Source: Lingula anatina
Lineage: Eukaryota; Animalia; Brachiopoda
Assembly: GCA_051362555.1 (NCBI GenBank)
Contig: CM120643.1
Location: forward strand, 25,052,848 to 25,116,847
Length of the DNA: 64,000 nucleotides
Reading direction: 5' to 3'
The notes under the pieces: generated by a model
Seen by the model: only the letters and a program-made list of their open reading frames with translations
The model's database searches: none
What the model was told of the DNA's origin: nothing
Made by a program: the position numbers and the translations under genes
Shown here: positions 27,701 through 42,700 of the stretch, in pieces
How positions within the stretch are numbered: the stretch's first letter is position 1
Layout of the letters: every line of letters starts with the position of its first letter

Positions 27701-30700
27701 AAAATTACCCTAACAGCATGTTTCCAGTCAGACAGGCTCAATCTATTTTAGAGCGACCCAACCCATTATCTCATTCAAATCAAATTAGCTCACCAGAGAC
27801 ATCAGATTTAGCCTCTCTGTTACCCCCCACCCAACCTCCCACCTCCACCCCAGTTACTCCACCTCATCTTTGTAACTGAGATAAGGTAAAGGAGTTGATG
27901 AGTTTGGACCTACTCAACTTGAGCAGAAACATGATTTTAGACTGCTCTCACTCTGTAAGAGTAACTATTAACACAGTAGTGTGGACCTGATAGAACCTGC
28001 ATTGGAAATGATCTCGGTTTGCAAAATGTAAGAAATCTGAGATAAAATCAAGAATGTTTCTTGGTAATGCATTCTTGATAATATTTACAAACAATACACC
28101 TGTAGACCTGCTTGGCTGTGCTGCATGTAAAAATATGCAAACCAAAAATTAAAGTGCCCTAGAGAGAACTACATAAAACAATATAATTAACAAGTACACA
28201 GGGAGGACATCATTTGAAAACCATTTGGCATTCAAACTGCCGCATAAATATGTTTCCTAATAAACAGGACATGGACTAGGTAATCATTGCATGAGTTGCA
28301 GTGAAAATTGTCCGTGTTCCCATCTTAACGCTACCTCCTTTTGCATAAGTATTACCACATCAATAAACTGCCAACTATAATTCACAGTGAATGATGCTTG
28401 GATTAGCAGGTACTCCCTGCAAGAGTTACTGTTACAATTATCATGTATCATTATTTTCCAAATTAATTACCCCGTTTTGCAAGTTGTCTTTTTACCTTTT
28501 AATTTACAGGATCTTCTAGGTGTAATTTAATCTCTATCATACAGTATTTTTATTTTTTATTGTTATAATAATAATTTTTTTGATAAAGGGTAATTTGTCA
28601 GGCCCTAGAAACCCCCTGTGATTCCCACTTGTGTTTCTTGGATTTCAAAGGTTCCTTGCTGGCAACTTGTTCTGTGAACCTCTGTGAACTTGTAATTGTG
28701 CACATCACCAACTGCTGTATGCACTTTTGATACCCATGTTAATAACCCTCATAACTGTAATTGGTGCACGGATAACCAGGTATGGCTCTGCAAGAGTTGC
28801 CGTAAAAATAATTAGTATCTCCAGAGCATCTTATGCTACTACTTCCTTTGGCAAAAAGCATTGCCTGGAAAAACATGCAGTTTGTGATTTTTGTCTCTAC
28901 CCTTCTCAACAGCTGCTATGAAAATAACTACGATGTACATGGAGTCTTCAGATTAAAAAGAAGCATTTTCTGATAATGTTCAACTAAAATGGCTGCAAAC
29001 AAAGCCCCAAAAGTTTAACAATTCCTCAACAAGTTTCACTAATGGGCAATTGAACATGTTTGCTTTCCAAATAGAAATCTTTTCTTTTTTTTACTTTATG
29101 TTTGTTTTATCTACAGGTGGTCATGTGATCACAACCCCAAACATCTGACACACTTAGGGCCCATTCCCAATGAAACGATCGTTCTTTGCTGACTGATCAA
29201 ACTCTGTGGGGACTCTTGCTGAATGCACTCAGTTTCACAAATTTACATGCCTCCTCCTGGCATTGAGTAGAGTACAGAAAGGCTGGTGAGTATGATGGAA
29301 ACAGGGAGTTTTACCAGCAGATTTCATAAGTAGTAACATTATAATTTTGTAAAAAGTGCTGAAATATATATGCATCATGGGTTTAAGAAATAAATTATTA
29401 TTACCAAAACAAAACAATAACTATATCTGGGGTAGCACCAGCAATTTTTTTCGCTTAGCCAAATCACCACTTTTTGTCACTTTGTTATCCAAATGGCTTT
29501 AATTTGACTAAAATTTGTCAAATCAAACCTTTTTTGTTTAGCCAACTTAAGTCAGTTTTAGCATTTGGCTAAATTGACGAGTGTTAGCACTACCCCAGTA
29601 TATTTTAAAATTATGCAATATCAAGAATTTCACACATGCAGACAGGCTACGTATAGTGATAGGTGCAGAAACTATTGTATCTGAACATAGACGATATCCA
29701 AGAAGCAAAATAATAAAATAAAATAAAATAAATCTGCACCATTATATGAAGCAATAATGCCCACTTTTGCATTTCCCCATTTTAGGGACACTTGAATTAA
29801 AATCTCTTTCAATTAAATCTCAACTGAAATTCAGTAGAACTTGGTTTACATTTAGTACGTAGGACATACAGGTGAATTTAAGACCTGCTAGAAGGGGACA
29901 GTTTAAAATCATAAAATGATCTGGGAACTGGACACGAATTACTTAAAAAAAATTAAAAACTACAACCTGTCTCTGAGCACGTGATAATGCATACACAGTA
30001 TGCCACTGGTACAAAAAGAAACATTTTTCTAATCAGCATGGTCCTCGTCTGAACACAGATTACTATAATATCATTGTCTCTATATACATGTAATTAAAGT
30101 ACCTGGCCCAGCAGCATCACAAGATTTGTGTCAGTTTTCTAACTACACGTGTCTAATAATTTGCAAAAAAAAAAAAAAAAAAAAATCATAAATCAGACTG
30201 AAAACATTTAAGATAATTGTAAAGCAGTGACGTGCAAAAGTGTAATGAATTTGGATTTATTCTTTAGGTGCAAAATGTTCTTTGTTGACTTACCCTGCGA
30301 GCATCTATGTGAAGGCTGTCCCGTAACTCTAAGGTTGGGACAGGAACTCGGGACAACCTCCGCAAGCTGTTCATAAATCCAGAGTGGCCTTTGGAGTGAC
30401 GATGACGACGATGCTGACGAAAACTCATTTTGCCTTTTTGCTAATGACAAATTGTGTTAACTTTTCATTAGATGGTCAACACTGCAATTTTCTATGACCT
30501 TTGGTTTGCTCATTTGCTTTAAGAGATTAAATTGTCTTTCCAATGTCTCATAAACCATGACGTAGTTCATGCTTCTCCATCTCATAACAACTGAAACCCA
30601 GCTTCCTATGAGTACAAATCCCAGTTACAGTGAGAGCTCAAGCCTGAATTCAGCTCTCAGTACAAGCTTTCACATTTTTTATAGTATATGAGCATCAGTT

Positions 30701-33700
30701 TTTATACATTAAAATCTAGGTACATTACTAGTTCCTATCATTTCCAATATCCAGCTTCAGATGTCAAATTCCAGTTACACTTGTTTATCCAGACAACCCT
30801 GCATCACGACTTCTGCAGTCATGGAAACTTCTTGTTAAAACACCTCCGTCTTACGTAATTGTCTATACAGCATAGATATGTAGAGCTCTAGCTGCTTGTT
30901 TTCCTTCAGTAATGAAATGACTTCAACTGCATGTCAGTCTAGGCTATATCCTTTACAACACTGAGCTGTGTCTCTGCTAATTATCTTTGATTGCACTCAA
31001 GTTTTCTCGCCCTTTTCTTTTCAGATAAATTTAAAGTCAGAAATATTCATTGTTAAATCAAATTTGAAATTTTGACCATTTCCAACTATGAATAATCCAT
31101 CCACAGCTACTAAATCTGCTTTCTATCATTTTGACAATTAAATAAACAGGTCTTTCCTTAACAAGAGAGATAATATATAATAATATAATAATAATAATTC
31201 TGGCTTTAAGTCTCTGTACTCAATGTCTGCTGTTAAGTGCCCATCTGAGAATGCACTATCCATACAAGAACATTTATATCAGTGCTAATTAACCTAGCTG
31301 GAAGAAAAGGAGACCCACAAGAAATGTCTCCTGTGAGTGACCTTTAATAATATCAATCCAGTCAAATAGTTCTGTCAGTGAACACACTGTTCTACTTCCT
31401 CCAAATGAACAGGGTAAAATCCCAGCCCTTTGTCCTAGATTTCCTCCAATGTATTGTGAATGTAAATAACGATCCTAAAAGATGTGCATTCCTGGCTAAT
31501 ACTCTACCTTCATATTCCTGGTTACTTTAAATTAATAACAAATATCTTCCTCTGAAACTTCTCTGATCTACGTGTGCATTTTCCTGATATGCTTTTATGT
31601 CCAGTGTGTGAAAGAGCACTGGAACTGTCAGTAATAGCTATTTCGATTTGGCATTAAAACTGTGTGTACTTACAAAGTAACTTGAATACACTGGATAAAC
31701 CTGTGCATGGTTTAAATTGTTTATAAGTTCCTAATACCAGTAATCTTCCCTGTTGACTTGATACATGGATGCTTTTATTGCATGTATACAATCCCGATTT
31801 TCTTGGCCTTAACTCTGTATTTGTACTACATACACTGGCTCCCCAGTGATTTAAATGGTAGCCACATTTTCATTTACCGTAATCTGAATTCCAACAAATT
31901 GACTCTGGCTCACCATAAAATCAGTTTTTCACACTTAACTCTCAACAAATAGTCATCGTTTTCAGTTGAATGCCATTCATTGCATCCTTCAGCATTTCAG
32001 ACTGCCTTCTCTCTCAATGAATCTCTAAAGCATCATGACCTCCTTCTTTTAAATGTGAAACGAATTAACTTGGCGATGACTTAAATTTCCTTTTAACTTT
32101 ACCTTGACGTCTAAACCCACTTGAAGTTAAACAAGCCTGGAGAAAAGATCCTTTTTGCTGTCCATACTTGGAAAAAAAAACCTGATTTATTCTGTAACAA
32201 ATCAGTATGTGAGTGTGCATTAAAAAACATGCAGGTTCAGAAATCAAAAGATTCCAAGCGTGATTGCCAATGACCTGCAGGATTTTTTGCTGTAACATCT
32301 ACCTAAAGCACCTGGCAGTGAAAAGTAAAGCCAGCTGGCTCAAACAAGCTCCATCTTGAGAATCTCTCCCCACACAGTCATACACAAAATCACTGTGAAA
32401 TGAATATAGAGCAAATTAATGCCAGGATTGAAGTCTCCAGATTTTTTTTCCAATGCTCTATCTGACAACATACTGTCTCTAGGGCAACTTCATGTTGAAC
32501 ATTTTTCCACCAATTCATTGGTGAATCTAAATCGCCATGGAAAATCTATCCCAATATTTTCCCCTTGTGTTACTCATCATAAAAATTCACTAATAAGATA
32601 TTCTGAAGTCTTTGGTGATTTTTTTAAAATCAAGCTCAAATGTCCCTGATTTTTTTTCATTTTGCATGTGCCAAGTTATGTTTGGTAAACAACAAGGTTT
32701 TTTTTTAACATTACAGTTGGCATTTGAAGAATATGTATCAACTGGGATAAATGACTTTGTCAGATTCCAGACAATACATAGTCACTAAATTTGTAAGTGT
32801 AAAAAACACGGTTTCCATGTAGACCAACTGCAGCACTACTTGTTGCCTGCTGTGACACTGTATTAAAATTTCTCTTAATAAAAACAATGCCAGAGAGCTT
32901 AGCATGTAGTTTTCCCATTGGAACATCAATGAAAATAGGACATTCAAATAAGAAACTGACTGACATGCGGTCCGAGTTTTTGTCCTCCAGGAGCAACCAC
33001 TGACTTCATGAATGTTAGAGTCCTGCGAAAACTCTTCCAATGCACAGAACTTGAATCATTTCTGAATCAACCTTCTCGCCAGAAATTAATTCCCATAACT
33101 GAATTAGAATAACTCTCATGAAATATAGGATGAGTACCTGCAAATACTATACTTTTATCTCCTTTTATGCAGTCAGATGGCTAGGGCACCAACAAAACCT
33201 GCAAATAGGGAGTTAGGAAATAGCATTCCAACAAAAAAACACTTGTTTTCTTTTTTCCTGACTGATCACGTAATAATGTGATTTAATTTGCGTTCCAAAG
33301 AAGTGCTGAATCACGCGAGACATTTTTGTAGTTCCTTTATCAAACAACCACAGTGGTCCTATTGGTGATAATTCATACAGGAAAAAAAATTGATTGAAAC
33401 TTATCAGCTGTTAATGTTCTCATAAGCTTTCCTTTCACTGGGTATGTAACTTTTTAGTTCTGCACACATTGTTGCTGTATTACCTGTTATTTCATACCCC
33501 ATTGTATGTGCCACTACCATAAAGACTTTTCTTTGATAAAAATAAAATTAGATAAAACCTTAGATTTTGTTTTCTATTATTGACTTGTTATCAGTCAAAA
33601 ATTGAGATAATTAGTCATACAACTTAGACAAATGTAGAATATTTGGGGATTTGTTTTGTTTGTTCTCTAAGCTTAAAAGTGTGCATGTACATGTACAAGT

Positions 33701-36700
33701 GGCAGTATCAGGATCCCTTTGGATTTTCAAAACAGTGCAGGAAAAGTTTTAAAAATAAGAATTTAACTGGCATTTCAGCGTCTCTCACTTAGTTCATGAC
33801 ATACATACACGCAACATTTCTAGAATTGGCAATTATTTTTTCGTAAGAACCCACATGAAACTTTCTTTCACAAAATGAAACTAATGAGGTATTACAGGCT
33901 AAAATGTCACTAATTACATAAATATCAAAGAACCACAAAGAACTGTGACAATATTCACCACCTTCTACACAGCAGAGCACACCTCTCTTCCTTTATCTTA
34001 TCAAAACATGTTATCTGCTAACTCCGTCAGCTGGTGTTACTTTGTCAAGCTGCAAGTTAATTAACACCTTTTGCACAGCAAATGAAACACTTCACTGGAC
34101 CAGTCTACCTTGTGAGATTGACAACTTAATTGCCCAGCTTTTATATAAAAACTCCCCCCTCCCCCCCCCCCCCCCCCAAACACAAGATCTATTAATTATC
34201 TTTACCTAAACAGCAGGAATTGAACCTATGGAGAACTGGAGTACAACTCTCTATAGTAATTATGTGTTTAAGGGCCTTTGACAGGGGCAGATCCAGAGAT
34301 TTTCTGACAGTCATCCAAATTATCTTTGTTGGTCCATTCTCCATTTTTGACCATCTTCCAACAAAAAAATTAGACACTCCTCACATAAACTTAAAAATCT
34401 GACTGTCTTCCAGAAGACCCAGAACACAGTTAGACAACATTCAGATGGAAGCATCATACTAGATGGGTGAGTCCAACTCATGGGGGATTTTTTTGCTGAG
34501 TGCAATCAGTGGAATCAGCTTAATTGTCTGACATGCCTCCCATAGTATATGCAGCTAGGGGATACGTACAACTATTGTGTGCTGATTAAGCCGATTCGAC
34601 TGATTGCAATTTAACAAAAATGCCCACTGAGTTGAACTAGCTAGTACATTGTTTAAATCTGAGTGCGCCCTAGCTAAAAGCGTACATGAGTGGGGGATCA
34701 GTCCTTACATTCATGCAAGAATCATATGATTTATGTGATATAGGATTAACAGTGAACATACATGCAGTTCCAGATGGTACGGAAAAATTTGATCATTACA
34801 CCTCTCAGTAAATCCTGATTCTGGTACTTGTTTTGATCTAATCATCTTTTTCTGCCAAAGGTGCTGTACGTTGCATATTAAGCCAACATTATTGGAAAAT
34901 TCTAGGGTTAAAGAGCAGTGCTGTTAAAAATTTTCATTTGATAAAAACAGTTCCCTTCGAAGATGAAGCTCACCATTCAACTTTTCAATTCATTATATCA
35001 TTTTCCTTTTTCAAAACACCAAACAGAACAAACTAAGGTAACAATACTACCTAATACTACGTACCTAAGAAAAAGGTCACATACCTCGCTAAAATCCAGG
35101 CAGCCCCTAAATCTCAAATCTTTTAATTCTCAACATTTGACTTTTCCTAATGCATTTTGTCAGCAAAAGTCAGCTGTACTCATCCCACCTGGGACAGCGA
35201 CCCCATAATTAATGTGATAGAAGGTCTGCGTACTTTTGGAATATCTCGGTATTAATCAAGGCAGGCAGGTCCATTAGGACTCCCCAAGTCTATAGGGATG
35301 ATTCTCACTGGCATTAACCTCATATCTACATTGCATCTATACAGAATGCCCAAAGAATCATAGGACAATTAATAAACTTAAAAGTATAATAGACCATGAA
35401 ATCTATTCATCAATGTTTGTATTTCCAGTCAAGTTATGACAGGCTAGCTTAGGATCTGTCTCTCAGAAGACTGTGGTTTATCATTTCTAACCATGAAAGG
35501 CCAATCTAATCACTATTTTTCCCATAGCCCAACATCACTGTGATGCCAATGAGGCAAAGCTTCGCTTAGGATGTTTATCTCAACAGACTGTAAATATCAT
35601 TTCTAACCATAAAAAGGCAATCTAATCATTCTGTCAACACACAAAATATTATGGTAATGCAAATGAGGTAAAGCTATACCTATGGGTTAATCTAAGCAGA
35701 CTGTGTCATTATCACTTTTTAAAATAAAAATTTAATTGACTATTACATCTCGTCGAACAACCTATCAATAGGGTAGGCCTAAATGTGGCTCATCTATTTG
35801 GCCATTGATTAGAAGTTGCTTCCAGCTGAGGATCTTCAGGAGCTCGTAAAAATTCATGGCGAGGAGGAAATGATTTCTGAAAATTTGGTAGTTTATGCAG
35901 GCACTTTTGAACAAGATATATATATCATGTCTGGGATACCAAATGCTGCACATTTTAATACATAGGGGGCACATATTTTGTGTCAAAATAGGTGTTGTAC
36001 ATTATAAACTACATACAATTATTTACATATGAGCATTAAGAAAATTAGAAAATTTATCAGTTCATCAGTTTAACTTAATAGTTCAAGATTACAGAAAGAG
36101 GCTCATTATGATAATAGATGAAAAAAAAAAAAAAAAAAAAAACTTAATTTTCACCAAACATAATTTAGAAAGATGATGAAGAGTTGTTTTTTTTTTAAAA
36201 TCATACTATAGCATGTGTTACATGTACACAAGACATCAGGGGTTACATTCAACTGAAGAATGGTAAAAATTCTTTTTACCAAGAAGTAATTCACCCCATA
36301 CACCTTAACAAATACCATGCACACTCCGCACATTTTTGTTCGTAACCATACACATTCAGAGGAACTAAATATTGCCTCCTAAAGCAATCTGGTTCTCTGA
36401 CAATCGGCACATTTTGGATCCATTTACATCCAAAAATGTCACTTGTCTGAATCAACAGGGACAAATATCAAAAATGTGTCCCGATAAGGTTACAGTCCCT
36501 GGGTTAATGTTGTGCATGACAGTAAATGAACTCTTCAAATCCAATTTTCTTCCTCTAATCTGATCCTGAGTGCCCCATTAAACAAATGATGTAGAAGGTT
36601 CTGAACAGTAGACCATCAGTAATCCAATAACTGGAATTGATTTGAGATAGGATTCACAGGCTTCTACATAGGGCATGTTCCAATGTGTGCCAACTTAGAC

Positions 36701-39700
36701 AGGAGAAAGCCTAAAAGCCATCAGACAAATGAGAGCCTATCATATACCAGTATGATAATTATATAACACAAGCTGGAATGTTTTCATACCATAAGTTTGT
36801 GTTTTATATCAGATATGATCCATGTACCAAGTTAATGAAACATTTTTAACTTGAAGCCTAATGGTATAATTGTTATTACATAAAGATTTGTGGTACATAA
36901 ATAACTTGGTGTATCTGATACTTAATATTCATATTCCAATATTATGAGATACCACCCTCCTCTGTGCACATGCATGAGTGCATGATTTATCTCTTTCAAA
37001 TGGTTTGAGTGCTAAAATCAGATAGATACCAATGCACAGTTAAATTTGCAATATTGTTAATTTGGTATAGTATAAGTTTTTAAGAATGACTGGTCCCCAT
37101 ACCCCACAATATCATGCATCTAAAATGCCACCCTTGAAAGTCAAAACCTGCAAGATCAACACAATTTAATCAAGGGGCTTTGCTATGGTGTGAAACAATA
37201 TTCAAACTTGGCAATGCTATAAAATAATTTTGCACCAATCATATTCAAATGTGAAGTATTTAGGATGTCTTTTCCTGTCATAAAAAAATACCTGCAACAC
37301 TACAAAAATGAAATCATCTTTGTTATGTTAGCTGGAAAATTTGGTAAAAACCTAATTGTAAAGAAGTAAAAATGAGTATTTTTCAAGATTATGAAACAAA
37401 TTTCAGAGATCAGTTCAAAGACCTCAAAACCCAAGCAAAAAAAAGCACAGTGCACTTAGATCAAAACATCTTTTAACATAACAACATTTACAAAAACAAA
37501 GACTTTAAAGCATTCAGTAAATGTGACTAACAAAACTCTAAAATTCCAAAATTCTGAACTTTGAGTTGGAGTTAAGAAAACAAACAAACAAATAAACAAA
37601 GAATTTTTTGTAGTCATGAAGAAAAACCTTCATACCAGTATCAACTTAAAATCTTCAAGCCATTCACTTTGACACACACACAAAAAAAAAAAAAAAGTTT
37701 CCCTACTACTCACCAAGAAAACACAATACACCACAAACCTTCAAATTTTGCCAGCAAACTCCTTGGCGTCCAAAACCACAAAAACCACCATGCATTCAGG
37801 GTCAATACCATTGATTAACAGGCACTTAGCATATCCTATTATTCAAAGTGACAAGATAGTATCATCACTCCCACCAACTACTCCATGATGTCTGTAGTCC
37901 ACTGTACCTCATCAATCAAAACTGGTCTTAAAGCAGCAGGAGACTTAAAAAAACTTTGGTAAGATTGTCAATGAGAAACATGTTATTTGGTATTAATACT
38001 GATTTAATTGGAAGGTCAGAAAATATAAGGAATGCCTCTATTATGTAATCCCAGGACCACCATCCTACCCCAAACAAACACACATGTAACCCCCCCCCCC
38101 CCCTCCCAATACACACTCTCATTCAATACTAACATTTCTGGGTAGGCAGTTTCATCTATATGAAAGTCTTGTCAAGCAGCAACTTTAAATGCATCTCTAC
38201 AAACTTTTCCCTTTACTTGGTACACATATTAATTGACTGTGCTGAAGCTGTTTGGGAAAACAATCTCACTTTCACATCCAATAACTAGGGCACTTAACCT
38301 GACTATCGAACTCTGACACTTTTTAATCAGTCAGTATAGCAACCAATTACCAAACTTTTTCAGAGATAAACAAACCACTTCATCCATACTGACCAACAGC
38401 AATGACATCAAAAACGCTTCATTTAAGAAATATTTTCTGGACAAAATCCACCAGGGAACAGTCAACACATTCATTCATTCATTTAGATATTGATTCAAAT
38501 TCCAAAGAAATGAATGTGTGCTGTGACAGTGTTGAGAGTTCAAGGAGGCAGAATGCCCCTTGGCGCAACTCCTCAACTTCAGATGAACCATGAAATATGA
38601 GCAGGAAAAAATTAATTCTGATCAATTTTTGCATAAACAAGGGGATCCAAGAGACGTTTTCTTAGAGAGAAAGATAGAAAACTTCCACAACACAAACAAG
38701 TTAAAGCATAACATTTGAGTAGTGTATGATTAAATTAATATCTAGAGCAGAACAAATATTGGTGTCAACTTCCACTTTTTTTTTTTCGTTATTCTTAGTG
38801 TTTGGACAATAAGAAGTATTAGCTAATGTTAAGGTTTTTGCATAAAGAAAATTATTGTGTGTTATTGTTTAAAAGATTTTAAATGAAACATTTGTTATTA
38901 ATTATTGTAAAAACAAACCAAAAGTTAATATCATAGTTGTTTTTAAAAGATTTAAAAAGTTTTGTCTCAAATTAAAGACACACACATGCATGTTATGATG
39001 GCACTTTATCAAACCTAATAGGCTACAATATCATATCTATCCAAGGAACTCAAATTAAATAAACATTTTTCCTTTTTTTTTTTTTTTTTTTGCAAATTTA
39101 ACAAGAGCTGGTATTGTTTCCTTTTTCTCTCTCTATCTGAACATTGAAAAACAAAAGAAATATCAATGAACATGCCTTATAACACTAATAATAGTAATAA
39201 ATAAATAATAAATTGTAAGTAAATTTTAAACAGCATACTTCAAAAGGGAATAGCACTGTAATAATTTCAAAAAGAGGGAATAAAATCTTTGAATTAAGAT
39301 CAATTCCCCCGCCCCCACTTACCTACATGTGCCTTATAGTCATACAATCAATAAAGGATTCTGATCAATTGATCAATGAAAAAAATTAAAATGTAAGTCT
39401 TAGTAGGCTAGGGTTTTCATAGAACCATTTAACTGGCCTAATGATTTTTTAAAAGCTTTTCATATCAAAAGATGGAATTTCTTTGAAAACACTGTTATCA
39501 TGTACGTCAAAGGATTTGACTTCAAATTAATTTTTCAGAAACTGTTATCTTGAACGAGTGGATGAGTCCCTGTGCTATATTTGTCGTCTTGACTCTAAGA
39601 AATAGTGCAGATGATTGAGAGTTGATCTTGAACTCAATTAACTAAAAGCAATCCTTAAAGACAAACCACTGGCCTTAAAGACTGACAAATAGCTTCTATG

Positions 39701-42700
39701 GCAAATGGCATTTACAAACTAGAGGATCAGAGAGGCGATACCGCCTCCAAATATTGTACCACCAGCTGGAGCAAACGCATTCGTATAGACCCCCACATAC
39801 ACAAAATAAGGGACACAGCCACCAGTTTTGTGCTTGACAAGCTGTAAAAATGCAATCAACAAGAATTTTTTAACTATTGCAAAAAATATATATGGTACAA
39901 TCAAATTTAAGTTCTTCGTAAGGTAGGTCAAGGGTCAATTTCAAGGTCACAGTAAATTGCCAGTATATGACTTCCTATTCAAGTTCAAGAGTAACTATGG
40001 ACCTATCTCTGTCAAGTTTGAAGTTAAAAGAGAAAGAAATTAGCAGAGTTCAGTTCATGATAAAAAGTAGGTCAAAGGTCAATTTCAAGGTCACACTTAG
40101 ATTGCCAGTATAGGACTTCCTATTCAACTTCAATAGTAACTATGGACCTATCTCAGCCAGTTTTGGAGATAAAAGGGAAGCAAAATTTGCAAAATTCAGT
40201 TCATGGTGAAAAGTAGGTCAAAGGTCAATTTCAAGGTCACATTTAGATTGCCAGTATATGACTTTCTATTAAAGTTCAATAGTAACTATGGACCTATCTC
40301 TGCCAGTTTTGGAGATAAAAGGGAAGCAAAATTTGCAAAGTTCAGTTTATGGTGAAAAGTAGGACAAAGGTCAATTTTAAGGTCACATTTAGATTGCCAG
40401 TATATGACTTCCTATTCAAGTTCAATAGTAACTACGGACCTATCTCAGCCAGTTTTGGAGATAAAAAGAAAGCAAAATTTGCAAAATTCAGTTCATGGTG
40501 TAAAGTAGGTCAAAGGTCAATTTTAAGGTCACATTTAGATTGCCAGTATATGACTTCCTTTTCAAGTTCAATAGTAACTATAGACCTATCTCAGCCAGTT
40601 TTGGAGATAAAAAGGGAAGCAAAATTTGCAAAATTCAGTTCATGGTGTAAAGTAGGCCAAAGGTCAATTTAAAGGTCACATTTAGATTGTCAGTATATGA
40701 CTTCCTTTTTAAGTTCAATAGTAACTATGGACCTATCTCTGCCAGTTTTGGAGATAAAAGGGCAGAAAAGTTTGCAAAGTTCAGTTCATGGTGAAAAGTA
40801 GGTCAAAGGTCAATTTCAAGGTCACATTTAGATTGCCAGTATATGACTTCCTATTCAACTTCAATAGTAACTATAGACCTATCTCAGCCAGTTTTGGAGA
40901 TAAAAGGGAAGCAAAATTTGCAAAATTCAGTTCATGGTGTAAAGTAGGTCAAAGGTCAATTTTAAGGTCACATTTAGATTGCTAGTATATGACTTCCTTT
41001 TCAAGTTCAATAGTAACTATGGACCTATCTCTGCCAGTTTTGGAGATAAAAGGGCAGAAAAGTTTGCAAAGTTCAGTTCATGGTGAAAAGTAGGTCAAAG
41101 GTCAATTTCAAGGTCACATTTAGATTGCCAGTATATGACTTCCTATTCAAGTTCAATAGTAACTATGGACCTATCTCTGCCAGTTTTGGAGATAAAAGGG
41201 CAGAAAAGTTTGCAAAGTTCAGTTCATGGTGAAAAGTAGGTCAAAGGTCAATTTCAAGGTCACATTTAGATTGCCAGTATATGACTTCCTATTCAAGTTC
41301 AATAGTAACTACGGACCTATCTCAGCCAGTTTTGGAGATAAAAGGAAAGCAAAATTTGCAAAATTCAGTTCATGGTGAAAAGTAGGTCAAAGGTCAATTT
41401 TAAGGTCACATTTAGATTGCCAGTATATGACTTCCTATTCAAGTTCAATAGTAACTATGGACCTATCTCTGCCAGTTTTGGAGATAAAAGGGAAGCAAAT
41501 TTTGCAAAGTTCAGTTTATGGTGAAAAGTAGGTCAAAGGTCAATTTTAAGGTCACATTTAGATTGCCAGTATATGACTTTCTATTCAATTCAATAGTAAC
41601 TACGGACCTATCTCAGCCAGTTTTGGAGATAAAAGGAAAGCAAAATTTGCAAAATTCAGTTCATGGTGAAAAGTAGGTCAAAGGTCAATTTTAATGTCAC
41701 ATATAGATTGCCAGTATATGACTTCCTATTCAAGTTCAATAGTAACTACGGACCTATCTCTGCCAGTTTTGGAGATAAGAGGAAAGCAAAATTTGCAAAA
41801 TTCAGTTCATGGTGAAAAGTAGGTCAAAGGTCAATTTCAAGGTCACATTTAGATTGCCAGTATATGACTTCCTATTCAAGTTCAATAGTAACTATGGACC
41901 TATCTCTGCCAGTTTTGGAGATAAAAGGGCAGAAAAGTTTGCAAAGTTCAGTTCATGGTGAAAAGTAGGTCAAAGGTCAATTTCAAGGTCACATTTAGAT
42001 TGCCAGTATATGACTTCCTATTCAAGTTCAATAGTAACTACGGACCTATCTCAGCCAGTTTTGGAGATAAAAGGAAAGCAAAATTTGCAAAATTCAGTTC
42101 ATGGTGAAAAGTAGGTCAAAGGTCAATTTTAAGGTCACATTTAGATTGCCAGTATATGACTTCCTATTCAAGTTCAATAGTAACTATGGACCTATCTCTG
42201 CCAGTTTTGGAGATAAAAGGGAAGCAAATTTTGCAAAGTTCAGTTTATGGTGAAAAGTAGGTCAAAGGTCAATTTTAAGGTCACATTTAGATTGCCAGTA
42301 TATGACTTTCTATTCAATTCAATAGTAACTACGGACCTATCTCAGCCAGTTTTGGAGATAAAAGGAAAGCAAAATTTGCAAAATTCAGTTCATGGTGAAA
42401 AGTAGGTCAAAGGTCAATTTTAATGTCACATATAGATTGCCAGTATATGACTTCCTATTCAAGTTCAATAGTAACTACGGACCTATCTCTGCCAGTTTTG
42501 GAGATAAGAGGAAAGCAAAATTTGCAAAATTCAGTTCATGGTGTAAAGTAGGTCAAAGGTCAATTTTAAGGTCACATTTAGATTGCCAGTATGTGACTTC
42601 CTATTCAAGTTCAATAGTAACTATGGACCTATCTCTGCCAGTTTTGGAGATAAAAGGGAAGAAAAATTTGCAAAGTTCAGTTCATGGTGAAAAGTAGGTC

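Noticed and set aside
32738-33140. ORFs following a TTTGCAG acceptor at ~33137
   Set aside because: No homology cue or matching donor; at most UTR sequence
35455-35720. Degenerate ~116-bp triple repeat
   Set aside because: Old tandem duplication with no further structure
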